This document shows, piece by piece, positions 17,801 through 24,681 of a stretch of DNA of 46,631 nt. Origin of the DNA: a virus. Each line of letters starts with the position of its first letter. Position 1 is the first letter of the stretch. Both the position numbers and the translations under genes were made by a program. The stretch lies in IMG/VR virus record IMGVR_UViG_3300033412_000025. One strand, given 5' to 3'. Below the pieces are notes generated by a model. The model ran no database searches. It worked only from the letters and a program-made list of their open reading frames with translations, and was not told where the DNA came from.

Positions 17801-19628
17801 CGGCTGGCCGAACGCGGGCCGGTTCCGCGCGGAATACGACCCGAACAACACGCTGGGCATGTCCTACGATCCGGCGCTTGGCTTCGACTCGGACGGCAAC
17901 GCGGCCACGGCTGCACCCACTTCGCTCACGATCAACAACCCGACGCTTCCGCTCTATGACCGCGACCCCTACGGCGTGGGCAGGGCGCGCATTACCTTCA
18001 CGGGAACTCACAACAAGGACGGCTCCGCGCTTCGGATCAAGATTGTCAACAACGCGGACGCTTCCACGGTGGTCGATTGGGCCACCTTCACCGCCGGGGC
18101 GGGCGGCGCGTGGACGACGACGGTGGATGTCCCGCACGGCTGGATTGACCTGCGCGCCGTCGTGGACGCGGCGTCAAACGCCGCCGTCACGGCGACACAG
18201 ACGCAAACCTTCCGCGTCGGCTATATCGTCGCCGTGCAAGGGCAGTCGCTTGTGCAGCGCCCGTTCACAAACGCGGCCTCGTCGGCGGCGCTTTCCGTTC
18301 CCGCAAAAACTCTTTGGGTCAAGCACAACAGCGCCAGCGGTTCGGCATCTGCTGCTCCGGTTGAGGTCAGCGGTTCAAGTATCCTGAACCTCCGCCGCAT
18401 GGCCTGCACGGTCGCGGCACATTTCGACGCCCCTCTGATGATGGTGCAACTGTCTGAAAGCGGGACGGGTCTTGGCGAGACGGTAAACGCCGAAGAAGTC
18501 GCAGACCGCTCCTGGTATGGCACGGTCGAAACTCCGGTTCTCTACATCCGCAGCAACGGGTCCGATGTCGCGGCGATGCTTTGGCATTGGGCTGGCAACG
18601 ATGCGACCAACGGGCAGACGCAATGGGAGCGGTGGGCTGCGCCTGCGTTGCTGAAGCAGCAACTAAACGGGCTCGGGCTTACGTCCGACGGCAGCGGCCT
18701 CCAGCCCTATACTTCCGGGTCGGTCGCTGCGGTTGCGAACCGTGGATATACGCCCGTGCACTTCTTCTGGGATTTGACCGGAAGCGGGCAGGGTTTGTTC
18801 AATCCAGCGCGCACCAAACTCGTGTCTTGGCACAACGCGGGCTGGTTCAACCCTCCTGGGACGAACGGTGGTTATGCCACCAACGACGTAGCGAAGTCGA
18901 TTGAAGCCGATTACACGCGCCAAGCAATGAACGGGACGGCGATGGGGCAAATCTCGCTCAAGTCGGTTCCGGGATGGACGGGCCAGTATGAGTTCGGCGG
19001 TCACATCGCCATGCCCGGCGGAACGCACGTCGGCAGCAACACGGGCGAAGTCGATGGTGAAGCACTGGTCGCTGTCTACATGGCAATCGCTGCGGGCCGT
19101 GCGACAGGCGCGATGCTGTCCAAGGAGCCGCGCATCCTGTCGGTGACGGCTGGCAGCAACTACTGGGATGTCGTGGTGAACCTTCCGCACGGCGGCAACC
19201 TCTCGACGCCCTACGCAGAGTATCTGGCAGGTTCCTACGCAGGCTCGTTCGAGGCGACGAACTGGATTGCCCCCACGGCAACGAGCGAGGCGCAAATCCC
19301 TGCGCTCCACGCCGTTCAGGGCTTTGCGGTGTGGACCAGTGGCGTCGCTGACTGGGAGGGCTTCACGACAGCCATCACGGACGCCGGAAGCGGCACGGTT
19401 CCCAACAGGACGGGAACCATCCGTGTGACGCTAAATAGCGGCACCACGACGGGCAAGACGCTCTCCTTCGGCTATGCCTTCGCAGCGCACGTCAGAACCT
19501 TGGCTGACGCGAATGCCTCGCGTCCGCACACGCATCTGCCAATCGAAACCCGAACTCATGTTTCTGGCGCGGGCTACGGCTTCCCGGTCGTGCGGCACCA
19601 GAACGAGAAGTCGATAGCAATCTGGTGA
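14883..19628 (+). CDS. Giant tailspike-like protein (1581 aa): cadherin-like motif, LamG/ConA-like lectin, two FN3/Ig-like repeats, beta-helix-like region, possible SGNH/SASA-like esterase
   Basis: LLSLSSDPDPGDTFSI. LLAWWKPDAG...GDVLIYGRELT is LamG-like. Repeats begin PTFSAA and PTLSAA. TVQNCRNLQVYGI. VQGQSLV and LWHWAGND are weak esterase blocks. Confidence 0.7.
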   Translation: MADFFEQFGLNLLSLSSDPDPGDTFSIYQAGTSAGSLAAPVYPQTYSLSVGTLTLLSANGDFKVTLANNNSNPADGVTQAVGTIYFKLIDSNGAISANIGQATINLRSQSGGTAPTPVTSGLLAWWKPDAGVTLAGSNVSQWTDQQSSRLLTAVGAPVMTTGPSGAAMVAINNNAGFTGTNLSGLPTGAASRSIQMFWRPRVPYYAGAGYGSNATDQAFTNAVDDAGEVTCDFRNGRLASGMRPLNQYIATTVTYDGTTVKVYIGDVLVASQAKVLATGASLINICRTFSGFTTQADVGDVLIYGRELTLADVVITNNYLRQKFVGSASITDPTFSAATAVAQTSFTANVTVGASFGVVAWAARTSSTTMTEAEILAGTGAISYGLAISNGTGTVAIPVTGGAASTAYYVNIIVYGIAGGKSTVVKSSSVTTTAAPVANPTLSAASLTSTGQTTLVGSVTTDRGNGTLEYGLMLSTALDPTLTQLEAGTDGNGNPLIGGLRTQAITASGAQAIAITGATAATTYKVAYGQRDGSSNGSNIVTASATTDAATVTTSLTPDFSYTTMAAVKAKLAEWAANPGGTAPTGKTPTQTRVVALSAPIGSGDTLSGYDFSAITGGVIFRGTGPYGYNSSYPYEPTCGSDINGTLTVQNCRNLQVYGITARKMVVTGCTGFKRDRVSIHSKWSTTRSQPSVAGPGVDYTNCPGVVDTRSHIGGFNTLSATFRNGCDDGVFEKFYIEQFSNDMFKCLPGSSTLARIKEQRGWAGRDNLSNTSAHSDFTQNQAGVTPDYYFWGNCAIEGATLNGVSFQGGLWQSNTNVSDNCIASQNILAIRGQNALATAAGTNDTCSYNTLLYSEHGAHGSVQPAGELVPKISGTWSTLEYNISCRANSGGSNSGGTGSIIITCGVNFNTGGVATLNELIPLFQGFPGEQTYIDTVKPVAGAVTHWNYSGQKVGAYLRAQEIFQDGIHPGNDGWPNAGRFRAEYDPNNTLGMSYDPALGFDSDGNAATAAPTSLTINNPTLPLYDRDPYGVGRARITFTGTHNKDGSALRIKIVNNADASTVVDWATFTAGAGGAWTTTVDVPHGWIDLRAVVDAASNAAVTATQTQTFRVGYIVAVQGQSLVQRPFTNAASSAALSVPAKTLWVKHNSASGSASAAPVEVSGSSILNLRRMACTVAAHFDAPLMMVQLSESGTGLGETVNAEEVADRSWYGTVETPVLYIRSNGSDVAAMLWHWAGNDATNGQTQWERWAAPALLKQQLNGLGLTSDGSGLQPYTSGSVAAVANRGYTPVHFFWDLTGSGQGLFNPARTKLVSWHNAGWFNPPGTNGGYATNDVAKSIEADYTRQAMNGTAMGQISLKSVPGWTGQYEFGGHIAMPGGTHVGSNTGEVDGEALVAVYMAIAAGRATGAMLSKEPRILSVTAGSNYWDVVVNLPHGGNLSTPYAEYLAGSYAGSFEATNWIAPTATSEAQIPALHAVQGFAVWTSGVADWEGFTTAITDAGSGTVPNRTGTIRVTLNSGTTTGKTLSFGYAFAAHVRTLADANASRPHTHLPIETRTHVSGAGYGFPVVRHQNEKSIAIW

Positions 19629-19631
19629 CGT

Positions 19632-19937
19632 ATGCCGCGTATCGACCCAACCATATCGGCCGGAAACCTGCTCTCGATCGCGACAATCATCGTCGCGGTC
19701 GGGATTGCGTGGGGCCAACTGCGCTCGGAACAGGTCTATCAGCAGGACCAGATCAACGACATGAAGCGGGCGCGTGAAATTCGCATCGCGGCCACTGACC
19801 AGCACTTCCAGACCCTCGACGCTGCGGTCGCCGCCCTATCCATCCAGACCGCCCGCACCGACACCTCGCTCGGTGACATACGGGCGGGCATTGCGAGGAT
19901 CGAAGCCAAGCTCAACAAGCTGGAGGAACGTCCGTGA
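19632..19937 (+). CDS. Membrane-anchored coiled-coil protein (101 aa), lysis-associated (holin/antiholin or DUF2730-like)
   Basis: One N-terminal transmembrane segment (LLSIATIIVAVGIAW) followed by a coiled coil. ATGA-type coupling to the endolysin. Confidence 0.55.
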   Translation: MPRIDPTISAGNLLSIATIIVAVGIAWGQLRSEQVYQQDQINDMKRAREIRIAATDQHFQTLDAAVAALSIQTARTDTSLGDIRAGIARIEAKLNKLEERP

Positions 19938-20527
19938 CGCCATACGAACTCGCACTGAAGGAAGTCGGTACTGTCGAGTGGGCCGAAGGCTCTAATCCGA
20001 AGGTCGTCGCCTATTACCGGGATGCCGGGCATTCAGAGGTCAAGGACGATGCGGTGGCGTGGTGTGCTGCCTTCGTCGGTGCGATGCTGAAGCGGGCAGG
20101 CTATCCGAACACGGGCTCTCTGGCGGCGCGGTCCTACCTGAACTGGGGCGAGGCGGTCGATCCGCAGAAGGCGCAACTCGGCGACATCTGCGTCTTCCAG
20201 CGCGGCGGCTCGACGTGGCAGGGGCATGTGGGCTTCTTCGCTGGCTGGGACAACGGCCGCATGAAAATCCTTGGCGGCAACCAGAAGGACAGCGTGAACG
20301 TCTCGCTCTACGGGACGGCGGCGCTGCTGGGCGTGAGGCGCGCAAAAGCCGTCGCTACAGCCCCGTCTCGTCCGAAGGCCACCGTTCCTCCTAAAACGCC
20401 GCAGTCGCCGTCTGTGCCCGTCCCCAAGGCGGCAATGGGCATCGGCGCGGCGGTGGCGGCTCTGCTGCTCGCGCTGACGCAGGCGGGGCATGATCTGATG
20501 GCGTGGATAGGAGGATGGTTCCAATGA
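19934..20527 (+). CDS. Endolysin, TIGR02594 (CHAP/NlpC-P60-like) family, with Pro-rich linker and C-terminal hydrophobic helix
   Basis: Motifs WCAAFVG, GDICVF, GHVGFF and ILGGNQKDSV. C-terminus is AAMGIGAAVAALLLAL. Confidence 0.8.
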   Translation: MTPYELALKEVGTVEWAEGSNPKVVAYYRDAGHSEVKDDAVAWCAAFVGAMLKRAGYPNTGSLAARSYLNWGEAVDPQKAQLGDICVFQRGGSTWQGHVGFFAGWDNGRMKILGGNQKDSVNVSLYGTAALLGVRRAKAVATAPSRPKATVPPKTPQSPSVPVPKAAMGIGAAVAALLLALTQAGHDLMAWIGGWFQ

Positions 20528-20751
20528 CCGACGAGCAAATCAAGCACATGGTTTCCCGCTTCCTTCAGTGGAAGCTGCCGGAGGATTTCAGCCCTGACGC
20601 CGGGATCTCGTTTCAGCGGGAATACAATGTCGAGTGGAACGCAAAGCGCGGCCTTCCTCCGTCTAGGAGCGAACCTGTCGGAACGAACCTTCTGACCTAT
20701 ACGCAGGCCGAAGCAATGGTGCGTCACATGCTGGAAGGAATGCCCGCATGA
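20524..20751 (+). CDS. Hypothetical protein (75 aa) inside the lysis cassette
   Basis: ATGA overlap with the endolysin stop; high GC3. Confidence 0.55.
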   Translation: MTDEQIKHMVSRFLQWKLPEDFSPDAGISFQREYNVEWNAKRGLPPSRSEPVGTNLLTYTQAEAMVRHMLEGMPA

Positions 20752-20951
20752 TGGACGTGTCTTGCATCAACAGGGCAAAGCGCATCGCGGTTTTGGATGA
20801 TGGGCAAACCCTCTCCATCGCCAACTTTTTGGACGCGGACGGCGATGAAACTGACGACGCCGATAGCGCCGTGGTCGGCATCGCCCCCGACAGCAATGGC
20901 AAGTGGTGGTCGATTGACCTGTCGCAATTCAGCGAAGTGGGGGCGAACTGA
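20748..20951 (+). CDS. Hypothetical acidic protein (67 aa)
   Basis: ATGA overlap with the previous gene and TGATG overlap with the next. Confidence 0.55.
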   Translation: MMDVSCINRAKRIAVLDDGQTLSIANFLDADGDETDDADSAVVGIAPDSNGKWWSIDLSQFSEVGAN

Positions 20952-21157
20952 TGAAACTGGTCGAAAACGCCCACATGGCATGGCGCTGGATAAGTGTGCA
21001 GGCTTTCGGACTGATCGCGCTCCTGCCTATCGTATGGGTCGCCCTGCCGCCGGAAGGGCAGGCGCTGGTGCCTGAGCAATATCGCCCGTGGGTCACGTCT
21101 GCCGTGGCGCTGGCGGGCCTTGCGGGGCGGCTGGTGAAGCAGAAGGGGGCGGAGTGA
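20951..21157 (+). CDS. Holin candidate (68 aa, two transmembrane segments)
   Basis: Transmembrane segment 1 is ISVQAFGLIALLPIVWVAL and segment 2 is WVTSAVALAGLAGRLV, with a basic C-terminus. Directly upstream of the spanins. Confidence 0.6.
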   Translation: MKLVENAHMAWRWISVQAFGLIALLPIVWVALPPEGQALVPEQYRPWVTSAVALAGLAGRLVKQKGAE

Positions 21158-21387
21158 TGGTGTCGTGGCTCATCGGATCGATCCTCCCGTCGATCCTGCC
21201 CTACGTCCTTGGCGCGCTGGCAATCGCAGGGGTGTGGCTGGGCGGCAGATCAAGCGGCAAGAAGGCGGTGCAGGCCGCGGCGGACAAGGAATACCGCAAG
21301 ATGCGAAAGGAAATGGACGATGTGGAAAGCACTGGCAGCCTTAGTGCTGACGACGCTCGGAAGTGGCTGCATGAGCGTGGCAAATGA
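21157..21387 (+). CDS. i-spanin (Rz-like, 76 aa)
   Basis: N-terminal transmembrane segment (LIGSILPSILPYVLGALAIAGVWL) followed by a charged helical periplasmic part. TGATG coupling. Confidence 0.65.
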   Translation: MVSWLIGSILPSILPYVLGALAIAGVWLGGRSSGKKAVQAAADKEYRKMRKEMDDVESTGSLSADDARKWLHERGK

Positions 21388-21520
21388 CGCAGCGATCTGC
21401 GATGGGACGGCGGCAGCGACTACGGCTCACGCGGCGGCGCTTGCAACTGATGGCGGTCCTGCTTCAGTCGTCACGGGGCAGCGGCTGATTGCCCTGCTCG
21501 ACGCCGGTTGTCATCGCTAG
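21320..21520 (+). CDS. o-spanin (Rz1-like lipoprotein, 66 aa), overlapping the i-spanin 3' end in another frame
   Basis: Signal MWKALAALVLTTLGSG-C with a lipobox-like LGSGC. It starts inside the i-spanin gene and extends beyond it. Confidence 0.6.
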   Translation: MWKALAALVLTTLGSGCMSVANDAAICDGTAAATTAHAAALATDGGPASVVTGQRLIALLDAGCHR

Positions 21521-21778
21521 TCGTCTCGCCTTGATTTCCTTCTCGTTCAAGGTGAAGTAGGCCTGATAGAACGTAAGCCCGCCGACTGCTTCCCGCGCTT
21601 TCACGTTCAAATCCGCCGTCCTCTTAGGGCCTTCCGGCAGTTGATCGAACGCGGCTGACCATGCGTCCGCAAACGGCTTCAGCGCCTTTTCCAGCGCGGC
21701 AATGCGGTCAAGAAGCACACGATACTCGGTCAGCAATTCCGAACCGTCTTTCAGGGCATCCAAAAGCTTCTCGATCAC
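21464..21778 (-). CDS. Hypothetical protein (104 aa), last gene of the leftward arm
   Basis: GTGA overlap with the upstream gene. Its 3' end overlaps the o-spanin 3' end convergently by 57 nt. Confidence 0.55.
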   Translation of the reverse strand: MIEKLLDALKDGSELLTEYRVLLDRIAALEKALKPFADAWSAAFDQLPEGPKRTADLNVKAREAVGGLTFYQAYFTLNEKEIKARRLAMTTGVEQGNQPLPRDD

Positions 21779-22071
21779 TCCGTCTCTCCCTGCGGTTTGG
21801 GGGATTGTGGTGCAAGGGCGGCGACGGGCACCAGTGCGTTCATGTCATCCAGTGTGCCGCGATACACTCGCTGAAGTAGTCGCAGTTCTCGCACGGTTTG
21901 GTCGTGCTGGTCGCTTTCCCGCTTATAATCATCCCGCGCCTCGTCACGTTCCCCCTCTGCCGCCTCTACACGGGCAATCAGCGCGCGTATGGCGTCGGCG
22001 GATTGTGCGAACACGTTGACCGTTCCGCCGCAGCTTGCAGTTTCCAGCCGCGCCAGCAAATCCTCATACAT
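21775..22071 (-). CDS. Hypothetical coiled-coil protein (98 aa)
   Basis: GGGAGA before ATG 22071, which lies 2 nt after the upstream stop. Confidence 0.55.
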   Translation of the reverse strand: MYEDLLARLETASCGGTVNVFAQSADAIRALIARVEAAEGERDEARDDYKRESDQHDQTVRELRLLQRVYRGTLDDMNALVPVAALAPQSPKPQGETE

Positions 22072-22073
22072 CG

Positions 22074-22313
22074 TCAGTCTCCCAAGCGGATCAGCAGGGC
22101 GCGGGCTATCTTGGCGCATGGGCCGTCCGCGCGATACAGCATATCGCCAGCGTCATCCTTTTCCGCTATCTCCCGCAGACCCTCCTTCGCCGCCGCCAGC
22201 TTCTCGGTAAGGTCGGCTATGGTGGCGTCACGGGGGTCTGCGAAGCTGTCAATGCGAAGCTGCTCCAGATCGTCGGCAAACCATTCTTCGCGCTGCTTGT
22301 CGGTCATACTCAT
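22074..22313 (-). CDS. Hypothetical acidic protein (79 aa)
   Basis: ATGA coupling in the operon chain. Confidence 0.55.
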   Translation of the reverse strand: MSMTDKQREEWFADDLEQLRIDSFADPRDATIADLTEKLAAAKEGLREIAEKDDAGDMLYRADGPCAKIARALLIRLGD

Positions 22314-22579
22314 TCCCCGCCCTCCTTATGCGATAGGGCGGCGAGCGCCTTTGCTCCTTCCTCGCAGTCTTCCCAAGAGCCTTCCGCGCAGGAGCGGCAC
22401 CATTGCATGTGTTCCAGCGCCTCTCGCAGCCTGTCCCTTTCCGCTACGACGGCGTCGTAGAGGTCGGCGGACACGAAGGGTTTCCAATCTGGTGCTTCAT
22501 AGACGGTTGCAGCAGCAATCGCGTAGTCACCAAGCGGTTCTGGTTTGAAAAACTGAACCCATATCCGTTCCGGTGTCAT
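22310..22579 (-). CDS. Hypothetical protein (89 aa)
   Basis: ATGA coupling on both sides. Confidence 0.55.
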   Translation of the reverse strand: MTPERIWVQFFKPEPLGDYAIAAATVYEAPDWKPFVSADLYDAVVAERDRLREALEHMQWCRSCAEGSWEDCEEGAKALAALSHKEGGE

Positions 22580-22761
22580 TGCTTCTCTCCCAGTAGGGCG
22601 TCAAGCAGCGCAAGAAATTCTTGGTCGCGCAGGCGGTTATCCCAGGCGTCTAAGTCCTCCGGCTCCAAAAACGTCCTTGTGGCTATGGGAAAGCGCCTCC
22701 GTAGCATATCGGCGTGATCCACGCGCGCCGCCACCTTGTCTCGTAGTTCTTGTATGGTCAT
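22576..22761 (-). CDS. Hypothetical protein (61 aa)
   Basis: ATGA coupling on both sides. Confidence 0.5.
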   Translation of the reverse strand: MTIQELRDKVAARVDHADMLRRRFPIATRTFLEPEDLDAWDNRLRDQEFLALLDALLGEKQ

Positions 22762-23165
22762 TGCTTCTCTCCCTGCACCCGTGCGCGGATGGCGGCTGCG
22801 ATGGCTGCGCTGTTAAGTTCAGGGCCGTTGAAGTATCTGCCACCGTGCGCCCAAGCCTGCTTATCAGCCACCTTTGCACACGCTTCCCGTTCCTCCGCCC
22901 TTGCTGCCCTCTCACGTTCGCGGCTGGCGAGAAGGGCGCGGGCGAGGTCAGGGGCTGCGGCTATGAGGCGGGCGTCCTTATGCTTGGATAGGTTCTTTCC
23001 GCCCGTATCGGCTACCAGCACAAGGCCGGTTGATTGTGGCACGTCCCAAACGACTTGCTCGCTTTCGCCCTGAGCAATCCACGAATACCCCGTTTGCACC
23101 CGCCACTTCCCCGGCGTCGTGCCGTCCAGCAGCGCCCTCACTTCATCGTCTGTGGGTGTGGTCAT
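22758..23165 (-). CDS. Ead/Ea22-like protein (135 aa)
   Basis: MTTPTDDEVRALLDG and DARLIAAAPDLARAL motifs, typical of the ead/Ea22-like early proteins of lambdoid phages. Confidence 0.6.
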   Translation of the reverse strand: MTTPTDDEVRALLDGTTPGKWRVQTGYSWIAQGESEQVVWDVPQSTGLVLVADTGGKNLSKHKDARLIAAAPDLARALLASRERERAARAEEREACAKVADKQAWAHGGRYFNGPELNSAAIAAAIRARVQGEKQ

Positions 23166-23335
23166 GGCCCTAGCCTTTCACGCATTTTGCGATCTTCCGT
23201 CGGGAACGCCTCGGACAACTGGCGGCTAAGTCTGAAAAGGGCTTCCCGCTGCGGTTTCGTCGCCATGTCGGCTTTCCGCATCAGCCGCGTCTTGACTTCT
23301 TCCCATGCAAGCTGCCATTGGTCGTCGTCCATCAT
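23162..23335 (-). CDS. Hypothetical small protein (57 aa; below the track cut-off)
   Basis: Hand translation gives MMDDDQWQLAWEEVKTRLMRKAD... ATGA overlaps at both ends. Confidence 0.45.
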   Translation of the reverse strand: MMDDDQWQLAWEEVKTRLMRKADMATKPQREALFRLSRQLSEAFPTEDRKMRERLGP

Positions 23336-23481
23336 CCTTCTCCTTCGGGGTTAGTGCGGGTGTTCCGACCTGTAACGTAAGCCTTGGCTTGCAGCCGTAG
23401 ACCGACTGGCAGCTTTTCGGCCGACTTAAGGACACGTCGGATTAAGTCGTCTGCGGTTTCAGAAAGTCGCCAGTCACTCAT
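23332..23481 (-). CDS. Hypothetical small protein (49 aa; below the track cut-off)
   Basis: Hand translation gives MSDWRLSETADDLIRRVLKSAEKLPVGLRLQAKAY... ATGA overlaps at both ends. Confidence 0.4.
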   Translation of the reverse strand: MSDWRLSETADDLIRRVLKSAEKLPVGLRLQAKAYVTGRNTRTNPEGEG

Positions 23482-23732
23482 CGCATCCTCCTGTCCCCTA
23501 TACGGGCGGTAAGCTGTGGAAGGGGGGCGGCGGCTATAAGGCGGGCGTTGGCCTCTTGCTCAACCATCGACTTGCCGCCGGGGGTTGCCATGAAGGCTAC
23601 CCTATTCCAGTCGTAGTCGATGATGTGAATATTCCACTCATACCCCTCGCGCTCGTCATGGTCACATGCCCACGGTGGCGAACTAATGCCGTCGAGCAGT
23701 GCCCTCACTTCATCGTCTGTTGGGGCGGTCAT
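23478..23732 (-). CDS. Ead/Ea22-like paralogue, truncated (84 aa)
   Basis: Shares MT(A/T)PTDDEVRALLDG and ARLIAAAP with 22758-23165, then diverges and ends. Confidence 0.55.
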   Translation of the reverse strand: MTAPTDDEVRALLDGISSPPWACDHDEREGYEWNIHIIDYDWNRVAFMATPGGKSMVEQEANARLIAAAPLPQLTARIGDRRMR

Positions 23733-23950
23733 CAGAAATGCCCCCGCGCCCTAGCCACCGCAGAACACCGCTTGCAGGCGTTCCCCAGCGGTAAATTGAT
23801 GGTCATTCGATACGATCCGGCGAACCTGTCAGTGCCGCACAAGGGGGCGCTTAGATACCCGCTACGGACGATGTGTGCGTCGTCTTTGCCCTCACCCGGC
23901 TGATAGGCAAGGTGCAGCTTCAGACCCGCTGAAATCTGAGCGTAGATCAC
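23732..23950 (-). CDS. Hypothetical protein (72 aa, GTG start)
   Basis: GTGA overlap with the upstream stop and ATGA overlap with the downstream start. The N-terminal half of the 127-aa track ORF looks non-coding. Confidence 0.45.
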   Translation of the reverse strand: MIYAQISAGLKLHLAYQPGEGKDDAHIVRSGYLSAPLCGTDRFAGSYRMTINLPLGNACKRCSAVARARGHF

Positions 23951-24138
23951 TCCTTGCACTCCTCTATCCTGACCCGCGCTATGCGGACGGTGCCGTTGGC
24001 GACAAAGAACGCCGCCCGATCTTTTCCCACAAGCTGACGCAAATTGGCGACCGCGCCCTCCTCCGTGAAGGACATCAACTGAAGGTCCAAAACGTCGCCC
24101 TTGTCCGCTTTCCAATGCGCCGCCCAGGCTTCAGTCAT
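23947..24138 (-). CDS. Hypothetical protein (63 aa)
   Basis: Coding-like composition; overlaps the upstream gene by 8 nt. Confidence 0.5.
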   Translation of the reverse strand: MTEAWAAHWKADKGDVLDLQLMSFTEEGAVANLRQLVGKDRAAFFVANGTVRIARVRIEECKE

Positions 24139-24373
24139 GTCCGGCTCCTTCCGTGGGGTTAGTGGTGCGGGTGGGGCGGTCGGGATCGCGTATAATGGTG
24201 CCGCATTCGTCCGCTATCCCGACTGCCGCGTGTGATGGCGCAAATCGACCAGATGCAGACCACCGAAGGGGCCAGACGTATTCGCACCACTCGCAAGCCC
24301 CGCCGTCGCATCGGTCATGCGCGTTTACACAGCGAACCTCTAAGCGCGTGTCTTGGCACTCACTCATCGTCAT
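24131..24373 (-). CDS. Hypothetical Cys-rich protein (80 aa)
   Basis: CxxxxxxC..CDGGACEWC pattern; part of the operon chain. Confidence 0.5.
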   Translation of the reverse strand: MTMSECQDTRLEVRCVNAHDRCDGGACEWCEYVWPLRWSASGRFAPSHAAVGIADECGTIIRDPDRPTRTTNPTEGAGHD

Positions 24374-24461
24374 CCTCCAACCTGTCCCCTATACGTGCTG
24401 CAATCCATAGAAGGGCGTAGATGGCTAAGGGGGTGGCTATACCGGCAAGGTAGGCGGTCAT
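24360..24461 (-). CDS. Candidate 33-aa membrane peptide (not in the ORF track)
   Basis: Hand translation gives MTAYLAGIATPLAIYALLWIAARIGDRLEDDDE. Overlaps the next start by 14 nt. Confidence 0.3.
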   Translation of the reverse strand: MTAYLAGIATPLAIYALLWIAARIGDRLEDDDE

Positions 24462-24473
24462 GATGCCCCCCGA

Positions 24474-24656
24474 AGTTGGAACTTCGCCCGCAAGCCATTG
24501 ATGCGTATGGGGGCTAAAAGTTGGATGGCAGGGCAGGAAAGGCGAAGGTTTTCCATTTACTTGGCTGTCCTTCTGGGCCCGCCATCCCGTTCGTGGGGTT
24601 CAACAAAACAATGGGTTTCCGAAGCAAGTTGGAACAACCCCATATCGAGTTGGAAC
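24474..24656. repeat. Iteron-like direct repeats AGTTGGAAC (24474, 24627, 24648) plus a 7/9 copy at 24519, in a lower-GC 220-bp non-coding gap
   Basis: Exact 9-mers read in the sequence, all in the same orientation. No convincing ORF in the gap. Confidence 0.6.
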
Positions 24657-24681
24657 AGGTCATTTGCCGTCATGGCTTGGC

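Noticed and set aside
4256-19628. Diversity-generating retroelement (as in BPP-1-type podoviruses) acting on the fibre genes.
   Set aside because: No reverse transcriptase ORF exists anywhere on the circle, and I found no template/variable repeat pair differing at adenines. The only repeats in the fibre genes are the in-frame domain duplications.
21464-21520. 57-nt convergent overlap of the o-spanin and the last leftward ORF, considered as a possible bidirectional terminator or antisense regulator.
   Set aside because: Only a weak 6-bp stem with a 12-nt loop (CCTTGA...TCAAGG, about 21530-21553) lies nearby, with no U-tracts. The overlap is most simply explained by compact genome packing, or by an over-extended 3' end of one ORF.
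24560-24673. 37-aa minus-strand ORF (MTANDLFQLDMGLFQLAS...) in the iteron gap.
   Set aside because: It has low GC3, and its internal LFQL repeats are just the translation of the AGTTGGAAC DNA repeats. The DNA-level signal is the more plausible explanation.
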